Shown: positions 18,838 to 28,324, numbered from the stretch's first letter. The stretch: DNA of 64,000 nt from Oryzomonas sp. (GCF_031292255.1 NZ_JARLHN010000012.1), one strand, 5' to 3'. Notes: generated by a model not told the origin, from the sequence alone. Program-made: numbers and translations.

Positions 18838-19403
18838 TGTCACGCCGAGTCAGATTGTTGACATTGTCTTTGGTGGTAACCGGCTTGACCTTGGGAATAC
18901 TGGTTCAGGATTTCTCCCATGCGGTTGCCGAGAGCGGGGCGGCCTCCGGGCCGGAGGCGGGCAAGGAAGCGCCGCAGGGGCAGCAGCCGTTCAGCGCCTC
19001 CCGTGCAGCCCGTGAGGAGAAGGCCATTCAGGATGCGCGGCGCCAGAAACTGGCCGAAAAAGAGGCGGCTCTGGCCTCCAAGGAGCAGGAGCTGAAAAAT
19101 CTCAGTGCCAAGCTTGAAGCCCTGGTCAAGGCCATGGAGGAGAACAAAAAAAAGGTTGATGAGAGCGTGAAGGCGCGCTCAGGGGATCAGAAAAAGCAAC
19201 AGGATGATAAAGTGCAGAAGATGGTCAAACTGTTCAAGACAATGCGTGCCGAACAGGCCGGCCAGTTGATCGACAGTCTGCATGAAAACCTGGCCCTGGC
19301 ATTGCTGAACCGATTGGATACCAAGACGGTTGCGAAACTGGCCCCTTTCATCAACCAGCCGCGTATCGTCAGGTGGATAAGCGAAAATCTGAAGGGAAAA
19401 TAA
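18837..19403 (+). CDS. MotE/YlxF/FlbB-like flagellar protein (TM + coiled coil + MgtE_N-like)
   Basis: N-terminal hydrophobic segment, coiled coil, MVKLFKTMRAEQAG motif; lies between fliJ and fliK. Confidence 0.7.
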   Translation: MSRRVRLLTLSLVVTGLTLGILVQDFSHAVAESGAASGPEAGKEAPQGQQPFSASRAAREEKAIQDARRQKLAEKEAALASKEQELKNLSAKLEALVKAMEENKKKVDESVKARSGDQKKQQDDKVQKMVKLFKTMRAEQAGQLIDSLHENLALALLNRLDTKTVAKLAPFINQPRIVRWISENLKGK

Positions 19404-19428
19404 AGAATCGTCTTTTATGGGCAGATAA
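19401..19428 (+). promoter_or_regulatory. Candidate sigma28 promoter upstream of fliK
   Basis: TAAA-N16-GCAGATAA against consensus TAAA-N15/16-GCCGATAA. Confidence 0.4.
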
Positions 19429-19474
19429 CTGTCCATGCCCATAAAAAATCTACTCAGAAAGGAGGTGAAACAAA

Positions 19475-21871
19475 ATGGATACAGGACAGATAAGTTTGAT
19501 GCCGGCGAATGTCGGTATTCCGATGCCGGGCGGCGCACAACTATCCTCTCTCACAACGTTGCTGTCGGAGCCGGAAGGACAGGCTGGCGGGCCGTTCGCC
19601 GGTTTGTTGAAGGGGATGGTCCCCCCGCAGACCCCCCAAGGGACGGCGGCGCCCATTTCCGTCGGCAAAGGCGTTGCGGTATCGGACAAAAGCGGCGTGA
19701 CCGCTTCAACAACGGCGGTACAGGATGGTGTGTCCGGGTTGATGGCAGGATTGCTGAATGCGCTTGACGCGGCCGGCAAGCCGTTGGCAACGGGTACGGA
19801 ACAGAGTGCCGAGGTGCCGGCAAAGGCGGACAGGTCGGACAGGTCGGACAGAAAACCACAGGACGTGGTCCTGAATGCAGACGGGCTCCCGATGGCCTTG
19901 CTGACTCAGGTAAATGGCGGCAGAATGCCGCAGGCCGACGGCGCGGTTGAACAGCAGACGGATCACGGGACCGATACAGCCTTGAAGTCGGCCACGGAAG
20001 GCAGCGCTGAAGTTCCGGCACGAGCGGGTACTTTGGACAAGAAACCACAGGATGTGGCAATGAATGCAGTCGGGATGCAACCACCCCCCATGCTGACTCA
20101 GATAAATGGCGGCAGAATGCCGCAGGCCGACGGCGCGGTTGAACAGCAGACGGTTCACGGGGCTGAGAAACCTTTGCAGTCGGCCACGGAAGGCAGTGCT
20201 GAAGTCCCGGCACGAGCGGATACTTTGGACAAGAAACCACAGGATGTGGCAATGAGTGCAGTCGGGATGCAACCACCCCCACTGCTGACTCGGGTAGATG
20301 GCGGCAGAATGCCACAGGCTGACGGTACGGTCATGCAGCAGACGGTTGTTGCGTCGATGGCCGACACCCCAGTCACATCGTTTTCGAACAAAGGCGGCGT
20401 TTCGAGTATCGTTGCCTCGCCCAGCACAGATGCGGGTGGCGGTCTTAATCCGCCCGAAAACCTGTTGGGCCTCAACCAGCCGGCCATGGTGATGGTGGAG
20501 CACGGCCCCTTGAAAGGTGATTCAACGGGTACCACAGCCCTTGAGGTGGTTCCGCAAGGGAGTGAACCACAGTATGTTGCACAAAAGGAACCGGACAGGA
20601 CGACCCCACCGGCCTTGTCTTCACGACAGGTTTCGGCCGTTGTCGAGCAGCAGAATCTGGCGGTCGTGAACAAGACCGCTTCCACAGAACGTGGTATGGC
20701 GTCAAACAATCAGAACGGAAGAATCAACACCACCGTTGCTCCGGTTTCCGGAACACCCGGTCCTGATACGGGGGGTGCTGAAGTGCGCGCAACGGCCCCT
20801 ACAGGGGGCGAAGTGACGGCACAACCGCAACAGGCGGTAACCCTGTTCCGCTCCGCCTCCCTGGAGGTGGCGCTGGCGGAGAGTGTTCCCCAGAATGAGG
20901 TCCGCACAACGGGGCAAACTCCAATTGGTTCATCGGCGCAGAATGCGCCGGTCGCAGAAATTCCCGCGGCTTCCACGGCAATGACGGCGCAAACGGGGCC
21001 GCCGCAGGATGTCAGTTTTGCAAATTCAGGCGTGATACCGGTACCGGTCGCGCCGTTGCCGGCTTCAGCGCAACAGCCGGACCAAGCAGTAACAGCAAAT
21101 AACGATACCATTGATGGAACCAGGCCTGTTCAGGCGGCTGTCGTGCCTGCGGCAGGAAAAATGGGTGTGGAAGCCGGGAAAGATGCTGCCCAGACGCGAC
21201 CTGAGAGCGCGACAACGGCAAAGTCGGTGCAAAGCACTACGGTTGAGGCGGTAAAATTCGCCGGCGCCGGGTCATCCGGGGAAGAATTCAACACCGGCGA
21301 CGATAAGGGTACGACCGACAACTTCATGAACGGGCAGTTCCATGCCGCCCTGATGAACCAGCAGGGGAACGTTGAAGGCTCAAGCGTAGCGAACAACGTC
21401 TCCGCTCCGGTTAAAAACGAGGCACAGCAGTCCGGCCTTTCGGAGCAGATCTTGCTGCAGGTCAAGGATAGTCTTGTCAATCATGAGGTCAAAACGGGCA
21501 ACAATCAGATCGTGCTCAGGCTTTCGCCGGAAAACCTCGGCGAATTGAAGGTGAACCTGAGCATGGACGGCCAGAACTTGAAGGTCGAGATTGTTGCGGA
21601 AAACCACATGGTGCGTGATGCCTTGCTGCAAAATACCGACTCGCTCAAGGAGTCGCTGGCACGGCAAAACATCAGTATGCAATCGTTCAGTGTTACCACC
21701 GGCAATCCCGGCCAGAGACAGCAGCAGGGTGACTGGCGCGAGAGTGGCCGGCAACAACAGAACACCTGGATGACTTCCACCGGTTATCAAACGTCGGATA
21801 CGGCGGTCAAAGCTGCCCAGCTTGCCTACCAAACGGCTTCAGCGCATACGATGGTTGACCTTCATTTTTGA
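19475..21871 (+). CDS. fliK: Flagellar hook-length control protein FliK (798 aa)
   Basis: Long low-complexity A/T/Q/P region, C-terminal LRLSPENLGELKV (T3S4); upstream of flgD. Confidence 0.92.
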   Translation: MDTGQISLMPANVGIPMPGGAQLSSLTTLLSEPEGQAGGPFAGLLKGMVPPQTPQGTAAPISVGKGVAVSDKSGVTASTTAVQDGVSGLMAGLLNALDAAGKPLATGTEQSAEVPAKADRSDRSDRKPQDVVLNADGLPMALLTQVNGGRMPQADGAVEQQTDHGTDTALKSATEGSAEVPARAGTLDKKPQDVAMNAVGMQPPPMLTQINGGRMPQADGAVEQQTVHGAEKPLQSATEGSAEVPARADTLDKKPQDVAMSAVGMQPPPLLTRVDGGRMPQADGTVMQQTVVASMADTPVTSFSNKGGVSSIVASPSTDAGGGLNPPENLLGLNQPAMVMVEHGPLKGDSTGTTALEVVPQGSEPQYVAQKEPDRTTPPALSSRQVSAVVEQQNLAVVNKTASTERGMASNNQNGRINTTVAPVSGTPGPDTGGAEVRATAPTGGEVTAQPQQAVTLFRSASLEVALAESVPQNEVRTTGQTPIGSSAQNAPVAEIPAASTAMTAQTGPPQDVSFANSGVIPVPVAPLPASAQQPDQAVTANNDTIDGTRPVQAAVVPAAGKMGVEAGKDAAQTRPESATTAKSVQSTTVEAVKFAGAGSSGEEFNTGDDKGTTDNFMNGQFHAALMNQQGNVEGSSVANNVSAPVKNEAQQSGLSEQILLQVKDSLVNHEVKTGNNQIVLRLSPENLGELKVNLSMDGQNLKVEIVAENHMVRDALLQNTDSLKESLARQNISMQSFSVTTGNPGQRQQQGDWRESGRQQQNTWMTSTGYQTSDTAVKAAQLAYQTASAHTMVDLHF
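19796..20347 (+). repeat. About 3 in-frame tandem repeats of 192 bp (64 aa) within fliK
   Basis: CAGAATGCC anchor at 19921, 20113 and 20305 (period 192). Protein unit SAEVPARA...KKPQDV...GGRMPQADG. Confidence 0.92.
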
Positions 21872-21885
21872 AAGAGAGGTGAATT

Positions 21886-22560
21886 ATGGTTTCAAATGTA
21901 GCAGCAACTACAAATTCCACTGCCGGTACAGCGACGACATCGACTACAGCTAATTCAAATTTGAATATTAACACGAATGACTTTCTGCAGCTCTTCATAG
22001 CCCAACTGCAGAATCAGGACCCGACAGCACCCCAGGATCCCTCCCAGATGCTGTCGCAACTGGCTCAGATGTCCCAGTTGGAGCAAGCAACCGACACGAA
22101 CACAAATTTGCAGAGTCTGATATCTGCCCAGAACAGTGCAACAAACTTAACTTCCGCTTCGCTGATCGGCAAGGGCGTAGCAGCGACCGGCAACAGCATT
22201 TCCTTTGACGGAAGCGATGCGGCTAAGCTTCAATACAATCTGTCGGGAGCTTCCTCCGCCTCCACCCTCACAATCGCCGATTCGTCGGGAAATACCGTCA
22301 AAACGGCCACTATCGGCGCGCAGTCCACAGGTAACAATACCTATACGTGGGACGGGACAAATAATAGCGGAACAAAAGTTGCGGCCGGAACGTATAACTT
22401 TACGATATCGAGCACGTCGTCCAGCGGTTCTGCCGTTTCAGCGACCACGTATACTTCGGGGGATGTCACCGGCGTGTCGATAGCCAGCGGCTCTCCTGTC
22501 CTCTCAATAGGCTCAGTAACCGTACCTTTGTCGGATGTAGTAACTATGAGTGGGGGGTAA
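21886..22560 (+). CDS. flgD: Flagellar hook capping protein FlgD
   Basis: DFLQLFIAQLQNQDPTAP, QLAQMSQLEQ, YTWDGT, GTYNF. Confidence 0.95.
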   Translation: MVSNVAATTNSTAGTATTSTTANSNLNINTNDFLQLFIAQLQNQDPTAPQDPSQMLSQLAQMSQLEQATDTNTNLQSLISAQNSATNLTSASLIGKGVAATGNSISFDGSDAAKLQYNLSGASSASTLTIADSSGNTVKTATIGAQSTGNNTYTWDGTNNSGTKVAAGTYNFTISSTSSSGSAVSATTYTSGDVTGVSIASGSPVLSIGSVTVPLSDVVTMSGG

Positions 22561-22567
22561 CCTGCTT

Positions 22568-22954
22568 ATGATCGACCAGATTTTTTACCCGAATCCCGTT
22601 AAACCGGGAGGGCAGAATGTCCATCAGCCGCAGAAACCGACAAGCGTCCAGGCTCGAGATTCTTCCTTTGCCCGTGTACTGGATGAAAAACTTCCGACCC
22701 AGGGGGTAAAATTTTCGCAGCATGCCCAGGAAAGGCTCAAATCACGGAACATTGTGCTTTCTGCCAAAGACATTTCCAACCTTGAGGGGGCAGTCAACAA
22801 TGTAGCCCAAAAAGGGGGCAAAGAGTCCCTGGTTATGATGAAGGACGCAGCGTTGGTGGTCAGTATCAAGAACCGCACCGTTGTGACCGCCATGGACAGA
22901 AGCCAGATGCAGGGCAATGTTTTCACCAATATTGATTCGGCTGTTATTATCTGA
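22568..22954 (+). CDS. TIGR02530-like flagellar operon protein (function unknown)
   Basis: KFSQHAQERL...KGGKESLV...KNRTVVTAMD...NVFTNIDSAVII; lies between flgD and flgE. Confidence 0.9.
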   Translation: MIDQIFYPNPVKPGGQNVHQPQKPTSVQARDSSFARVLDEKLPTQGVKFSQHAQERLKSRNIVLSAKDISNLEGAVNNVAQKGGKESLVMMKDAALVVSIKNRTVVTAMDRSQMQGNVFTNIDSAVII

Positions 22955-22964
22955 CAACACAACA

Positions 22965-23017
22965 GGGCTGGCCCTCCTTGAGGAAGCCCGGAAAACGCCG
23001 ACCGATGGACGCGTTTT
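22965..23017 (+). ncRNA. Candidate cis-regulatory two-hairpin RNA in flgE leader
   Basis: Hairpin 1: GGGCT/AGCCC enclosing CCTC-CTT-GAGG. Hairpin 2: AAAACGC/GCGTTTT with loop CGACCGATGGAC. Confidence 0.5.
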
Positions 23018-23048
23018 ACCCAAAAAAAACAATTAGGGAGGCATTATC

Positions 23049-23918
23049 ATGAGTATTACATCAGCAATCTACACAGGTAACAGTGGGCTTCTAGCGGACT
23101 CCGATGCCATCAACGTCATAGGCAACAACCTTGCGAACCAGAACACCACAGGTTTCAAGAGTGGCAACACGCTTTTTTCCACATTACTTTCCCAGAATAT
23201 CGGCAACAATTCTCAGATTGGAACAGGTGTTCAGGTTCAGGCCGTTCAAAACCAATTTTCGGCGGGCACGCTCAAGAGTACCACGAATGTCACAGATTTG
23301 GCCATTCAGGGTAATGGCTTCTTTGCCCTGGCCGCCCCGTCTGCCACGACCGGTTCCGCTGCGACGGCATATTATACGCAGGCGGGTTCTTTCTCCGTGA
23401 GCGCGACTAATGGGCTGGTGAATCCTAATGGCTATCAGGTCCTTGATACGGCTGGAGCTCCAATTGTGTTCGCAAGCTCAGGTACGGACGCTAGCGGCAA
23501 CGCTCTTACGTTCCAGAATGTTTCGGCCATCAGTTCAACCGGTGTCGTCTCCTGCTTGTATAGCGACGCAAACGGTAATTCGGCAACATTATATTATGCC
23601 GGAGCAGGTAACGCACCCGCGAGTACTACTGCCGGGGCGGTTAAAATTGCCGAAGTGGACGTACCCAATCCAGAGGGCATGCAATCGCAGGGAGGAACAT
23701 TATTTACCCTGACCAATGCTTCGGGCACGCCAGCCGCGTTGACCAGCGCCAATGGAACTACGGAATCGATTCTTTCCAACAATCTTGAAGAGAGTAATGT
23801 CGACATGGGCAGCGAAATGGTGAACTTGATTAACGTTCAGTCCTCATATTCCGCCAACTCCAAGACCATTACCACGGCTAATGAAATGGCACAGGATTTA
23901 CTGAACCTCATCCACTGA
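23049..23918 (+). CDS. flgE: Flagellar hook protein FlgE (short form, 289 aa)
   Basis: GNNLANQNTTGFKS, DLAIQGNGFF, LEESNVDM; canonical position after flgD. Confidence 0.9.
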   Translation: MSITSAIYTGNSGLLADSDAINVIGNNLANQNTTGFKSGNTLFSTLLSQNIGNNSQIGTGVQVQAVQNQFSAGTLKSTTNVTDLAIQGNGFFALAAPSATTGSAATAYYTQAGSFSVSATNGLVNPNGYQVLDTAGAPIVFASSGTDASGNALTFQNVSAISSTGVVSCLYSDANGNSATLYYAGAGNAPASTTAGAVKIAEVDVPNPEGMQSQGGTLFTLTNASGTPAALTSANGTTESILSNNLEESNVDMGSEMVNLINVQSSYSANSKTITTANEMAQDLLNLIH

Positions 23919-23934
23919 TCCGGGTAGCAAAGTT

Positions 23935-23983
23935 CGTGGGGGCGCATCCTGTAAAGCGGGGTGCGCCTCCACGGCCTCCTTTT
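23935..23983 (+). terminator. Long hairpin/likely terminator after flgE
   Basis: 17-bp stem CGTGGGGGCGCATCCTG / CGGGGTGCGCCTCCACG (with G-U pairs), loop TAAAG. A T-run follows a few nt later. Confidence 0.6.
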
Positions 23984-24073
23984 AATTGGTTGCATTAACG
24001 GACGATTCGTTCTAATAAAGTACTAGTATTGACATCAATGTGGAATCAGTATTGAAGCATATGGAGGAAGAGC

Positions 24074-24598
24074 ATGGCCAAGGACGATCAGGCTGCTGTC
24101 GAAACGGAAGGCGGGGGCGGCAACAAGAAACTTTTTATAATCATTGGAGCCGCAGTTGCGGTCGCGGTTATCCTGGGCGCCGTCGTCTTCATGTTTATGG
24201 GTAAAAGTGACAAGAAGGAAAAGGGCAAGGACGAAGCCAAGGTTGAGGCCAAGGCCGAAGGGCACGGCGGCGAGGCGAGCGGCAAGGAAGGGGCGGTAAG
24301 CAACATGTATCCGTTGGAGCCGTTCATCGTAAACATCTACGACGGCCAGGAGTTGCGCTACCTCAAGGTCAAGATTGAGATGGAGATGGTCGGGGCGGGA
24401 GTCAAGACGGAGGTCGATGCGCGCCTGGCGCCCATCAGGGATTCGATCCTGGTGCTTTTGAGTTCCAAGACCCTCCAGGACATCCAGGATGTGCAGGGGA
24501 AAAATCAACTCAAAGAAGAGATCATGGGGGCGATAAACAAGAATCTCCCGCCCGGCAAAATTGCCAAGGTCTATTTTACCGATTTCGTTGTCCAGTAG
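24074..24598 (+). CDS. fliL: Flagellar basal body-associated protein FliL
   Basis: Single TM; LEPFIVN, RYLKV, IRD, VYFTDFVVQ. Confidence 0.95.
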   Translation: MAKDDQAAVETEGGGGNKKLFIIIGAAVAVAVILGAVVFMFMGKSDKKEKGKDEAKVEAKAEGHGGEASGKEGAVSNMYPLEPFIVNIYDGQELRYLKVKIEMEMVGAGVKTEVDARLAPIRDSILVLLSSKTLQDIQDVQGKNQLKEEIMGAINKNLPPGKIAKVYFTDFVVQ

Positions 24599-24614
24599 GC
24601 AGCGCCGAGCCGTT

Positions 24615-25595
24615 ATGGAAAAAATCCTCACAAAAGCAGAAATCGAGGCGCTCCTCAACGCTGTCTTCGATGGCAGGATAGAGCCTGAGAAGGAACTGGC
24701 CAAGACCGAAGGGACGGCCGTCACCTATGACCTCTTAAATACGGAGGCTCACAAGGGCTTTGTCCCCAATCTGGACATCGTCTACGACAGCTTGATCCGC
24801 TATAACCGCGTCGCCCTTTCCAACCGCCTGCGCAAGGTCGTCGAGATCAAGAAGGTCGGCGCCCGTTCCTACAAGTTTGATGACTTTCTCCAAACCCTGC
24901 CATCGCCCGCCTGCATGGCCATCTTCAAGATCGAGCCGCTTAAGGGGGCCGCGCTGATCGCTTTTGACAGCCCGCTGGTGCTGGCCCTGGTTGACAGCCT
25001 GCTCGGCGGTAGCGGCAATTCGAAGATTTCTGTCGCCAACCGACTTTTTACCTCGATCGAGATGCGGCTGGTCGAAAAGATCGCCAAGGACATCCTGCAG
25101 GATTTTGAGAAGGCCTGGGCACCTCTCTACACGACCCATATGAATTTGCTGCGCATGGAGATGAACCCGCGGCTGGTCAATATCGTTCCGCCCGAGTACC
25201 AGATCGTGACCATGTCGCTCAAGGTCCAGATCGAAGAGACAGTGGGAAACATTGTCTTTGCCGTCCCCTACATGACCATCGACCCTATACGGGATAAGCT
25301 GAAGTCGGGGATGCAGTTTGACTTGATGGCCATTGATCCGCAATGGTCGTACCGGCTTTCGTCCGAAATTCTCGAGGCTCCGCTTGAAGTATCCGTGGAG
25401 ATGGGCAATGCCGGCATTTCCTTGCGGGAGCTTCTGGATCTGACGGTCGGGGATACGATCATGTTGGATAAACCCTGTTCCGGCGAACTGCTGGTCAAGG
25501 TTGAAGGGATGCCGAAATTCAGTTGTGTCCCCGGCATACGCCATGGCAACAAAGCAATTCAGATCACCAAGACAAAGGGGGGCAGCAGTGAGTGA
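24615..25595 (+). CDS. fliM: Flagellar motor switch protein FliM
   Basis: MEKILTKAEIEALL CheY-binding peptide, LLGG, FTSIE, C-terminal SpoA domain. Confidence 0.93.
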   Translation: MEKILTKAEIEALLNAVFDGRIEPEKELAKTEGTAVTYDLLNTEAHKGFVPNLDIVYDSLIRYNRVALSNRLRKVVEIKKVGARSYKFDDFLQTLPSPACMAIFKIEPLKGAALIAFDSPLVLALVDSLLGGSGNSKISVANRLFTSIEMRLVEKIAKDILQDFEKAWAPLYTTHMNLLRMEMNPRLVNIVPPEYQIVTMSLKVQIEETVGNIVFAVPYMTIDPIRDKLKSGMQFDLMAIDPQWSYRLSSEILEAPLEVSVEMGNAGISLRELLDLTVGDTIMLDKPCSGELLVKVEGMPKFSCVPGIRHGNKAIQITKTKGGSSE

Positions 25596-25887
25596 CAAGC
25601 CTGAAGTGAACGAGCCGGAACAAGACAGGAAGAACCTCGACTTCATCCTTGACATCCCCTTGCAGGTGACCGTGGAACTGGGACGTACCAAGCTTTTGGT
25701 CAAGGATATCCTTCAACTTAACCAGGGGGCGGTGGTGGAGTTGACCAAGCTGGCTGGCGAACCTTTGGATATCTTCGTGAACTCCAAACTCGTTGCCCGT
25801 GGCGAGGCGGTTGTCATCAACGACAAATTCGGCGTGCGCCTGGTCGATATCGTCAGCCCCAACGAGCGCGTGGAGAAAATTTTGTGA
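25588..25887 (+). CDS. fliN: Flagellar motor switch protein FliN
   Basis: ILDIPLQVTVELG, LAGEPLD, GEAVVINDKFGVR; GTG start. Confidence 0.95.
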   Translation: MSDKPEVNEPEQDRKNLDFILDIPLQVTVELGRTKLLVKDILQLNQGAVVELTKLAGEPLDIFVNSKLVARGEAVVINDKFGVRLVDIVSPNERVEKIL

Positions 25888-26297
25888 GGGGTGCGCTTGC
25901 CGCACCGCTTTTTTGCCTGCCATCCATCGCCTGCGCTGAAAGCACCACCGGACAGGAATTCAGCTTTCTTTCCAGTTTTTTCCAGATGATTGCCGCCCTG
26001 GCGGTTGTTATCGGCCTGATCCTCATTACGTGGCACTTTTTCAACAAGTTCACCCGGAGCGCTGCTGCCGGGAGATTCGCGGCAAAGCATATCCGCCTGC
26101 TGGAATCCCGCTATATCGCTCCCAAAAAGAGTCTCCTGCTTGTTGAGGTGGGTGGGGAATATCTGCTGTTGTCGTGTACCGCCGACAGGCTCACTCTGAT
26201 CAAGCAGGTCAATCTGCTCGAAGATATCGAGATCATCCCGGAGGGCAAAGGAGCCGAAACGGTCTTTGCGGGGATTCTGGACAGGCTGCGATCGTGA
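25884..26297 (+). CDS. fliO: Flagellar biosynthesis protein FliO
   Basis: TM segment, then IRLLESRYIAPKKSLLLVEVG; lies between fliN and fliP. Confidence 0.88.
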   Translation: MRGALAAPLFCLPSIACAESTTGQEFSFLSSFFQMIAALAVVIGLILITWHFFNKFTRSAAAGRFAAKHIRLLESRYIAPKKSLLLVEVGGEYLLLSCTADRLTLIKQVNLLEDIEIIPEGKGAETVFAGILDRLRS

Positions 26298-27061
26298 AAA
26301 TAAACACCATGACGAAAAAAATATGTTTCCTGGTGGTCCCGGCCTTGGCGGTGCTTGCCTCTGCTACGGCCCTTGCAGAACCGTTGCCGTTTCCATCGTT
26401 GAATATCGGCGTCGGGGCAGCGACCAAGCCAGGCGACGTTGCGATGACCATCCAGATATTCCTGCTGTTGACCATTCTTTCCCTGGCCCCGGGCCTGCTG
26501 ATCATGACGACCTCGTTTACCCGCATCTCGGTGGTGCTTTCTTTTGTGCGCACCGCCATGGGAACCCCGCAGGCGCCATCCAATCAGATCATCCTCGCGC
26601 TCTCCATGTTTCTGACCTTCTTCATCATGGCTCCGGTCTGGCAACAGATCGACAAGGAGGCCTACCAGCCCTGGAAAGCCCGGCAGATCAGCCAGGATCA
26701 GGCCGTGGAGCGGGCTGTCAAGCCGGTACGCAAGTTCATGCTTTCCCAGGTCAGGGAAAAGGACCTGGCGCTGTTCGTCAGTCTCTCCAAGCTGCCGCGG
26801 CCCAAGAATGCCGATGACATCCCGACCCTGACCATTATCCCGGCCTTCATGATCTCGGAGTTACGAACCGCCTTTCAGATCGGCTTTCTGATTTACATCC
26901 CCTTCATCGTAGTTGATATGGTGGTGGCCTCGGTGTTGATGTCAATGGGTATGATGATGCTGCCGCCAGTCATGATTTCGCTTCCCTTCAAGATTTTGCT
27001 GTTTGTACTGGTTGACGGGTGGGGCTTGGTGATCGGGTCATTGGTGAAGAGTTTCGGATAA
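26294..27061 (+). CDS. fliP: Flagellar export gate FliP
   Basis: MTTSFTRI, AFMISELRTAFQIGF, MGMMMLPP, DGW. Start at GTG 26294 or ATG 26309. Confidence 0.97.
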   Translation: MKINTMTKKICFLVVPALAVLASATALAEPLPFPSLNIGVGAATKPGDVAMTIQIFLLLTILSLAPGLLIMTTSFTRISVVLSFVRTAMGTPQAPSNQIILALSMFLTFFIMAPVWQQIDKEAYQPWKARQISQDQAVERAVKPVRKFMLSQVREKDLALFVSLSKLPRPKNADDIPTLTIIPAFMISELRTAFQIGFLIYIPFIVVDMVVASVLMSMGMMMLPPVMISLPFKILLFVLVDGWGLVIGSLVKSFG

Positions 27062-27132
27062 ACAAACAGGGTAAGGTCCAGGCTGTTGGTACCATTTCCG
27101 CTCGCCTTTTCCTTCACCCTCTCAGAGGTTCT

Positions 27133-27402
27133 ATGACACCCGAATTAGTTGTCCAACTTGCACGCCGCAGTTTTGAGACGACGCTCCTTCTGGCTGGGCC
27201 GCTCCTTATCGCCAGCTTGGTGGTGGGTTTGCTGATAAGCATTTTTCAGGCAGTGACCTCCATCAACGAGGCGACCCTGACGTTTGCCCCGAAGATCGTC
27301 GCCGTGATGGTTGCCATGATAATCCTTTTCCCCTGGATGATGAGTTATATGGGCGATTTTACCCGCGAGATCTACTCTTTCATTGCCACTATGCGACGCT
27401 GA
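27133..27402 (+). CDS. fliQ: Flagellar export gate FliQ
   Basis: GLLISIFQAVTSINEATLTFAPKI. Confidence 0.97.
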   Translation: MTPELVVQLARRSFETTLLLAGPLLIASLVVGLLISIFQAVTSINEATLTFAPKIVAVMVAMIILFPWMMSYMGDFTREIYSFIATMRR

Positions 27403-27529
27403 AATGATGTTGGTACGCCGGCATGAAGAGCCGCTTGCGGCGTTGAATTCGGTGTATCCCCCTTCACGCCGTTGTTCGCAGCAGGCGAATGGCTGCGCGG
27501 CAAACCGGCCGCATACGGGGCGCTAGGAT

Positions 27530-28324
27530 ATGATGCCGCTGTATCCCTTTCCCTCGTTGCGCGAGGTGCTCGTTTTTGCCCTGGTATTGGGGCGCGTAGC
27601 CGGTATCTTCGCCGCGATTCCGTCCTTTGGGGGGCAGACGGTGCCGATGAACTTCAAGGTGCTGACAGTTCTCATGATCACGCTGGTCTGTTTCCCGGTC
27701 CTGAAGATAACCGCGCCGCCGATGCCGGCGGATGCCTTCGGTCTGGGCCTTTTGGTCTTGAGCGAGGTAGCGGTCGGGCTCACGCTCGCGCTGGTTGTCC
27801 AGATGGTCTTCAGCGCAGTGGAATTCAGCGGGCAGATCATCGGCATGCAGATGGGGTTGACGATCGCCTCGATCATCGATCCTTCCCGAGGCAGCCAGGT
27901 TCAGCTCATGTCCGTGCTCCGAAGCCTGCTTGCGACGCTGCTTTTTCTGTCTCTCGATGTCCATCATATGTTCATTCGAGCCATTATCGAAAGCTTCAGC
28001 GTCATCCCCATCGGCGGCTGGCATATTACGGGCGAACTGGTCTCCTTCCTGGTCCAGCGCACCTCGGACATTTTCGTGATCGGTGTCCGTCTGGCCGCGC
28101 CCGTCATGGTGTCGCTTCTGTTGGCCAGCGTGGCCCTGGGTGTCATGGCGCGCGCCTTTCCGCAGATGAACATCTTCATCGTCAGCATGCCCCTCAACAT
28201 CGGTCTTGGTTTTTTGATCATGGGGGGGACATTGATGATCTTCTTCCACGTTCTGGAGGTGTCATTCGGCAATCTGAACGGACAAATCACCACCCTTTTC
28301 AGATTGATGGCAAAGGGGGGATGA
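27530..28324 (+). CDS. fliR: Flagellar export gate FliR
   Basis: GQIIGMQMGL, DP, HH, ARAFPQMNIF. Confidence 0.97.
   Translation: MMPLYPFPSLREVLVFALVLGRVAGIFAAIPSFGGQTVPMNFKVLTVLMITLVCFPVLKITAPPMPADAFGLGLLVLSEVAVGLTLALVVQMVFSAVEFSGQIIGMQMGLTIASIIDPSRGSQVQLMSVLRSLLATLLFLSLDVHHMFIRAIIESFSVIPIGGWHITGELVSFLVQRTSDIFVIGVRLAAPVMVSLLLASVALGVMARAFPQMNIFIVSMPLNIGLGFLIMGGTLMIFFHVLEVSFGNLNGQITTLFRLMAKGG

Noticed and set aside
19796-20347. Direct repeats considered as a CRISPR array
   Set aside because: Contiguous in-frame 192-bp coding repeats with no unique spacers and no cas genes.
28322-28324. Selenocysteine recoding of the fliR UGA
   Set aside because: No convincing SECIS hairpin directly downstream and no catalytic Cys context.
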